A stretch of 64,000 nucleotides of DNA from assembly GCF_009914755.1 (NCBI RefSeq), contig NC_060932.1; one strand, given 5' to 3'. Below, piece by piece: positions 57,968 through 64,000 of the stretch. Position 1 is the first letter of the stretch. Each line of letters opens with the position of its first letter. The notes below the pieces were generated by a model that worked only from the letters and a program-made list of their open reading frames with translations, had not been told where the DNA came from and made no database searches. The stretch is from the human T2T-CHM13v2.0 reference genome, Homo sapiens. The translations under genes and the position numbers were made by a program.

Positions 57968-58306
57968 AACATACATATGTGTGTATGTATTTTCTTCAAC
58001 ACATGCATTAGCTGCTGAATTGGAAAGGAAAGACAGCAATAATTAATAAAGCGCATTTACTTACAAATCTTCCATCACTTTAGGTTATTCTATGCTACCT
58101 TAACTTTGGCAAAGAAAGTTAAATCAATTTTGCCATTCTTAGTTTTCACACCATAGAATTTTGTACCTTGATTTGCCAGGTCATACTCTTTGCTAGCTTT
58201 ACCCTCTTCAGTGTGGATACATTGAACTATAGTAAGTTAAGAAACATTTTTCAAAACTCACTGTTCTCTGATATTCAGAGCATTATCTCTACAGCTTCTG
58301 CCGTGT

Positions 58307-58641
58307 TTTTTTATTTTTTTATTTTTGTTGCATTTATATATATATATTTATTATACTTTAAGTTCTAGGTTACATGTGCACAATGTGTAGGTTTGTTACA
58401 TATGTATACATGTGCCATGTTGGTGTGCTGTACCCATTAACTCGTCATTTAGCATTAGGTATATCTCCTAATGCTGTATCTCCCCCCTCCCCCCACCCCA
58501 CAACAGGCCCCGGTGTGTGATGTTCCCCTTCCTGTGTCCAAGCGTTCTCATTGTTCAATTCCCACCTATGAGTGAGAACATGCGGTGTTTAGTTTTTTGT
58601 CCTTGTGATAGTTTGCTGAGAATGATGGTTTCCAGCTTCAT
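58307..58641 (-). mobile_element. Short young L1PA (PA2-4-like) 3' end
   Basis: 'ttattatactttaagttctagg...cattaactcgtcatttagcattagg'. Confidence 0.92.
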
Positions 58642-59479
58642 TTCCTTCTGTCTCTGCTATTGAAGCCCAACACTAAAAATGTTTGTCTTGAAGGCCTAGG
58701 AGAGCAACGTTTCCCTCTGGTATTACTTGATTCTATACTCTGCTTTCCTTGATGTATCTGAATTGCTCAATGTAACCAGAAAATTCCACGTGTTCTACTT
58801 TTTTTTTTTTCCTAAAAGCCATGCATTCCCATGCATAAGGTACAAGTCTTCTTGTTTATTTCTTCCATTATATGAAGTACACTAATAACCTTGGGAATAT
58901 ACTTTTGCAGTGTTTAATTGAATTCAAGTATCTTTTCATCAGATTATCAAAATGAGATTCCCATAAGAAGAGGCAATCAGTGTAGGAGGGCTTTTTGTTG
59001 TTGTTGTTGCTTTACCTTTTGGTCTAGGACTAAAAAATAAAATATTTGTGTTTTTATCAAGATAATTTCTGTGCTTCATGAGTGTGTGAGTGTGTGTGTG
59101 TGTGTGTGTTTTTAATATCCATGCAACTTTCTGCATTTGCCTTTGAAATATTTTGATTGTCCCTCTGGTGAAATCAATGACTATTATTTCACAGTGAGTT
59201 GTGATTCTATTTTGACTAAGTGTTTTAAGCCTTCGGACAAATCCAATTTTTTTCTTTTAGTATGATGATATATTTCTATTAAGTCACATTTGTACCTGAT
59301 CCTCTCTGTGATTAAGGTCATGTGTTTTTAGGAAAGCTTCTCTGGGTTTAGAAGTGTAGTCTATGCCTATGTTCAGAAATTGTATCCCAACATTTCACTC
59401 ATATTATGTCTACTTCACACTTACTGTTTTGACAGAGAGAAAATATTGAACTGTGGAAAATGTGATGAAAAATGTACTT

Positions 59480-59908
59480 GTCCATTCAGTATTTATCAAG
59501 CATTTGCTATGTGCCAGGCAATGTTCTTAGAATTGTGGCTACATGTGTAAACCAAAGAGTCAAAATTCCTTGTCTTGAAAATGCTTGCATTCTAATTGGG
59601 GGTAGGGAGGACATGAAATATAATGTATTCCCCTGGTTCTGGACAGCATAAAAATCAAGATTTTGTGGCCGGGCATGCTAGCTCATGCAAGTAATCCAGC
59701 ACTTTGGGAGGTTGAGTTGGGCAGATCACCTGAGGTCCGGAGTTCCAGACCAGCCTGCCCAACATGGCAAAACCCCGTCTCTACTAAAAAACAAAAAATT
59801 AGCAAGAGGTGGTGGTGGGTGCAGGATAAAATGTAAAAATAAAGAAAATTTATATGACTAGTGGATGGTTGTCTAATTTATCTCCTCCCTCTGCTTTCTT
59901 TACCCACA
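59480..59908. repeat. L2 3' end (minus) overlapping copy 2 of the local duplication (59524-59908)
   Basis: 'cagtatttatcaagcatttgctatgtgccaggca' L2 tail; alignment to copy 1. Confidence 0.8.
59667..59822 (+). mobile_element. 3'-truncated AluS (left monomer plus start of right monomer)
   Basis: Starts ggccgggc, stops at 'ggtggtgggtgc'; no tail, no TSD. Confidence 0.92.
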
Positions 59909-62187
59909 CTCCAGAAACATCTCCCATGCATATTGGTATTTTAGATACAGATTTTTTTTTTTTAATCACTCTAACCTCTAGAACAATGCAATAACAAAGC
60001 CCTGGACAGTTTTAGCCCATAAGGTTGGTCTCATTCATTATATCAAAGATCTGCCTGGTAAGGGTGGTTTACTTGAGAAAGCAAAAGCACCTTCAAAATA
60101 CTGAAAAATATGCCGCAGTTTCTATATGTGTTATCTAATAAAGTATAATCCTTGGCCATCCTCTGGGGAGTTTGTTGTTTCCACCTCTGTTACTTACAGC
60201 TTTGGAGAGCCGAGTGCTTCAGGAAAAGGAAAAGCAGGCAGTGTTCTCACAACATGAATGTAAAAGACCTTCCCCCCAAGCACACAGTATTTGGGTTTTC
60301 AAATGGTATTTATTAAATTTTAATGAGGTTAGAAATCAGGAGCATTATAAGTTGGGCCCTTGGGTTACTGTGAAATGGACTTTCATCATGAATTTTTTTT
60401 CATATTTAGTTACTTTAAAAAATGAGCAATAGAGAAATTCAAATATATGAATACATTGTTTTGTGAGGTGCTAACATGTGCCTAAGCATATTATTTTGTG
60501 TGTAATATTTCATAGAAAGTATGTTTTTAACATTCTAATTACACATATTAGAATGCCAATTAGGATATAATTGCCCACGGGGCTAAATTTCATTTAGTTA
60601 ATGCAAATATTTGACAGTATCATTTTAACATCCTGATTGTTCATACATATTATTATAAATACTAGGTTAAAAGTGTTGTAAACGCTTACATGGGCTGGAA
60701 ACCTAAAGATATATCTAGACTATCAAATACTAAGAAATAAATCTACCTTAATTTATATGACTGAAGATTAAATTGGATTAGGCAATGTTTTTATTCATGG
60801 CTAATTCTATGAATATATGTGAAGTGAGGTTATAATCTATAGTTTTCTTTGTTCAGAATGTTGAAGGTTAAACTGTAGGCTTGAGTAACAGCTATAACTG
60901 TAGCAAGGTGTAGGATCTTGCTGTCTATGGAGTTACATTCTAGTTTCTTATAATAGAATCATACTTTTAGGTCTAAATCTACCTCACCGAAACCTTCTGA
61001 GATTGAAATGTAGCAAACTCTTTGTTCTATTATTCTTGCAGTGTCATATTTAAATGATATTTCCATAGTTTTAAACTCTTCTTATCTTAATTTGACATTT
61101 TCTTTTATTGCCTGTATAAGATAAATCAATAAATTGTAAATAGGGAAAATGAAGACCAATTGCTTGATTTTAGCTTGTGAGAATAATTCAAAAGCTGCAT
61201 AAATAGGAAAAAAATTGTGTTTCTAGATAAACTATAACTCCTCTGTAATTTCCTATATACCCCAGCAGTGTTATATGTAAAAGGTGTTTAAAAATGTTTA
61301 ATATGTAATAAAAATAAATAGGTTTCATGTCCATATTTTTGTAAATGGTATATTTTTGTAACAATGTCCCAAACACTATAGAACACTTTCACGTATTTAA
61401 TCTCAGTGCTAAGTTTTCAAAAAATCTGTAAAGTCTCAAATGAAACAAAGGCTTTTCTATAGACCTCAGAACTCTATCAGAAATTCTGTAATTCTCAGTT
61501 TTATGTGCATGTGCTTAACTGAATGATATTTTCTTTACTGATCCATTAGTATAGCAAATAAATGTGTCTCCCAAGAATAAATTACAGAGGGGAGAGTTGG
61601 GAAATCAAAATTTAAAGCCTATAGAAAGTTCTTACCAAATCCACTGAGTATTTCTTTTAGCATTTCTGCCAAGATATAGAGGGTCTGGGTTGTGTTTTAA
61701 AATACTTGCTATTTGTACACATTGACATTATAGAAAAGTGACAAAATCAAGTTCACATATTTTAACTCTGGATAATTACTAAGTAGCACTTCATTCAGTG
61801 TCAACAAGGGCCTATCCTAGACAATGTTTCCAGTTTTTTTGTTGTTTTTCTTGTGCAGGACTCCATCAATTTTGATTTTCAAACTTTTCATTTTCCTACT
61901 CCAGCTGCTTCTGTTAGTTTTCTAGTTCTCAGCAGAAAGTCAGTTGATACCTTTACAAATATTATCTGAAATAACTTAGATGTTACATCTTCTAGGCAGG
62001 TGTTACAATAGATAATTCTTCTATTAATAATCCTTCTCTATTGGCCACTTAAGTAGTAGTCACAGCAACATGTTTTATATTTATTATTTGACTTAACTTT
62101 TACAGAATTTTTATTTTCATGAGCTATTACTTGCACTTTTATTTAAAAGATGAAGAAACATATTTTTTGAGTTTTTTCTGCATTGAT

Positions 62188-62793
62188 CTTTTTTATTATT
62201 ATACTTTTAAGTTCTCAGATACATGTGCAGAACGTGCAGGTTTGTTACATAGGTATACATGTGCCATGGTGGTTTGCTGCACCCATCAACCCCTTATCTA
62301 CATTAGATGTTTCTCCTAATGCTGTCCCTCCCCTTGATCCCCACCCATTGACAGGCCCCAATGTGTGATGTTCTCCTCCCTGTGCCCATTTGTTCTCATT
62401 GTTCAGCTCCCACTTATGAGTGAGAACATGTGGGGTTTGGTTTTCTGTTCCTGTGTTAGTTTGTTGAGAATGATGGTTTCCAGCTTCATCCATGTCCCTG
62501 CAAATGATATGAACTCATTCTTTTTTATGGCTGCATAGTATTCCATGGTGAATATGTGCCACATTTTCTGTATCCAGTCTAACATTGATGGGCATTTGGC
62601 TTGGTTCCAAGTCTTTGCTATTTTGAATAGTGCTGCAATAAACATATATGTGCATATGTCTTTACAGTAGAATGATTTGTAATCCTTCAGGTATATACCC
62701 AGTAATGGTATTGCTGGGTCAAATAATAGTGTAAATTAGTTCAACCATTGTGGAAGACAGTGTGGCGATTCCTCAAGGATCTAGAACTAGAAA
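62188..62793 (-). mobile_element. L1PA7-like 3' end with short 5' inversion (minus 62188-62724, plus 62728-62793)
   Basis: ORF2p C-terminal peptide 62403-62645; orientation switch after gggtcaaat. Confidence 0.92.
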
Positions 62794-64000
62794 CTTATAT
62801 TTTAAAAGAATGTGAATAACATGTCCACAGACTTATGTCTTTGGGGTTCTTCATGGCATACCATAGAGGTGGCACTTTCCTTTGACTCCTCTCCCTGTAC
62901 TATAAGATAAACTTAGTTCCAACTTGCATTTGTGAACTTTTATATTTATTCATTCCTCATCACAGTTTTTGTGAGTGAGGTTTAAATTCAGACATTCTTT
63001 GACTTCGGTTATTTTCAGGCAGGCCTTACTTCTGGCTTCTCTTCAACTAACTTCTCACCCAATTCTATGTCTGCCTCTGTATCTTAGAATGGCTTGCCTA
63101 CTCTCCATCTGTAGCTGGAAATAGCAATCTGATGTCTGGATCTTGGAAGCTGGATTAGAAAGCTTAATCATCAATTAAGCAAGAAGGATATAGATATAGT
63201 TTTCTTTTCTTTTTTCTCATGACCAAAGTAGGGAACAGGTAGATAAACATAACTTCTGTGTTATGATTAGACATTGTTTTCAAGTCATAAACATATTTTT
63301 CATAAATCTTCTTAATTCAAGAAACTCAATAGCACATTTTTTCTTTAACAGGATTATGGGGTTAAGGTAAATTTGAATTTAGTTTAAATAAATTATCTTT
63401 GCTAATTTAATATCAATTCAAATTCTATTAATGCTCAGGTTAACCAGAGTCAAAGTTAGATGAAATCTTATTGATATTCTGACATTTTCATAGTTTTAAG
63501 CTCTACTTATGTATTGGCAATTAAAAAAATGTTGGTGTACAGTAGAGTATAAAATGGATTTTATGTAACAATTGATTAAATATCTTCATCAAACACCAAG
63601 AATATACAATTAGGCTTGCCTCAGTTTTAATAGTATTTTAATATAAGTTAATTTAAAATTCCTTTACTTTTCTGTGGCTCTTTATTTCAATATCCATTTC
63701 ATAGCTTCTGTTTTGCTCATATGAATTGCTCTTCTTCACAATAAATATCCAATTAGTCAGTATAGTTTGGAACTATTATTGCATATTATCACTATAATAT
63801 ATGAGTTGTAGAAAATTTCTTCTGTTTAAAATACTTAAGCTTTCATACTCCTGGTGTGTAATTAAGAAACATATGGGATAGAGAGAGAGGGAAAAAGAGA
63901 CGGCAGCCTTTTTCAGTGGTGTCTCATATCTGTACCTTGATATAGATCAGGCTGAAAGGCATGGGTTCAGAATGCAAAGGTCAACAGAAATCTCTATTTA

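Noticed and set aside
60190-60245. Possible 19-nt minus-strand microexon (pyrimidine tract-AAG ... GTAAGT)
   Set aside because: Such motifs arise by chance; no transcript or conservation evidence available
61835-61970. Strong-looking plus-strand splice acceptor (ttcttgtgcag)
   Set aside because: No matching donor or recognisable peptide downstream

Overview
This is primate genomic DNA, most likely human or great ape given the AluY, LTR12C and L1PA elements. It is AT-rich and dominated by interspersed repeats, typical of a gene desert or large intron. I find no supportable protein-coding exon, RNA gene or CRISPR-type array. The ORF track is explained by decayed L1, Alu, THE1-internal and LTR12 sequence, or by chance. 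Main contents: two near-full-length old L1MA-type elements (20.6-28.7 kb minus, 49.1-57.0 kb plus), four 5'-inverted (twin-primed) L1PA insertions, a full-length THE1 MaLR provirus, several solo MaLR/ERVL LTRs, a CpG-rich LTR12C solo LTR with a 4-bp target-site duplication (TSD), about 8 Alus, and MIR/L2/MER33 relics. I do not see evidence for a new biological system. The most interesting observations are small structures the repeat annotation does not explain: a near-perfect 22-bp stem hairpin at the edge of an L2, a ~220-bp local duplication whose second copy holds a tailless, TSD-less Alu, a terminus-less LTR fragment, a tailless L1 with a fold-back junction, a possible tiny 3'-UTR retrocopy, and several templated-insertion scars. 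Subfamily labels come from recalled consensus sequences and are approximate.
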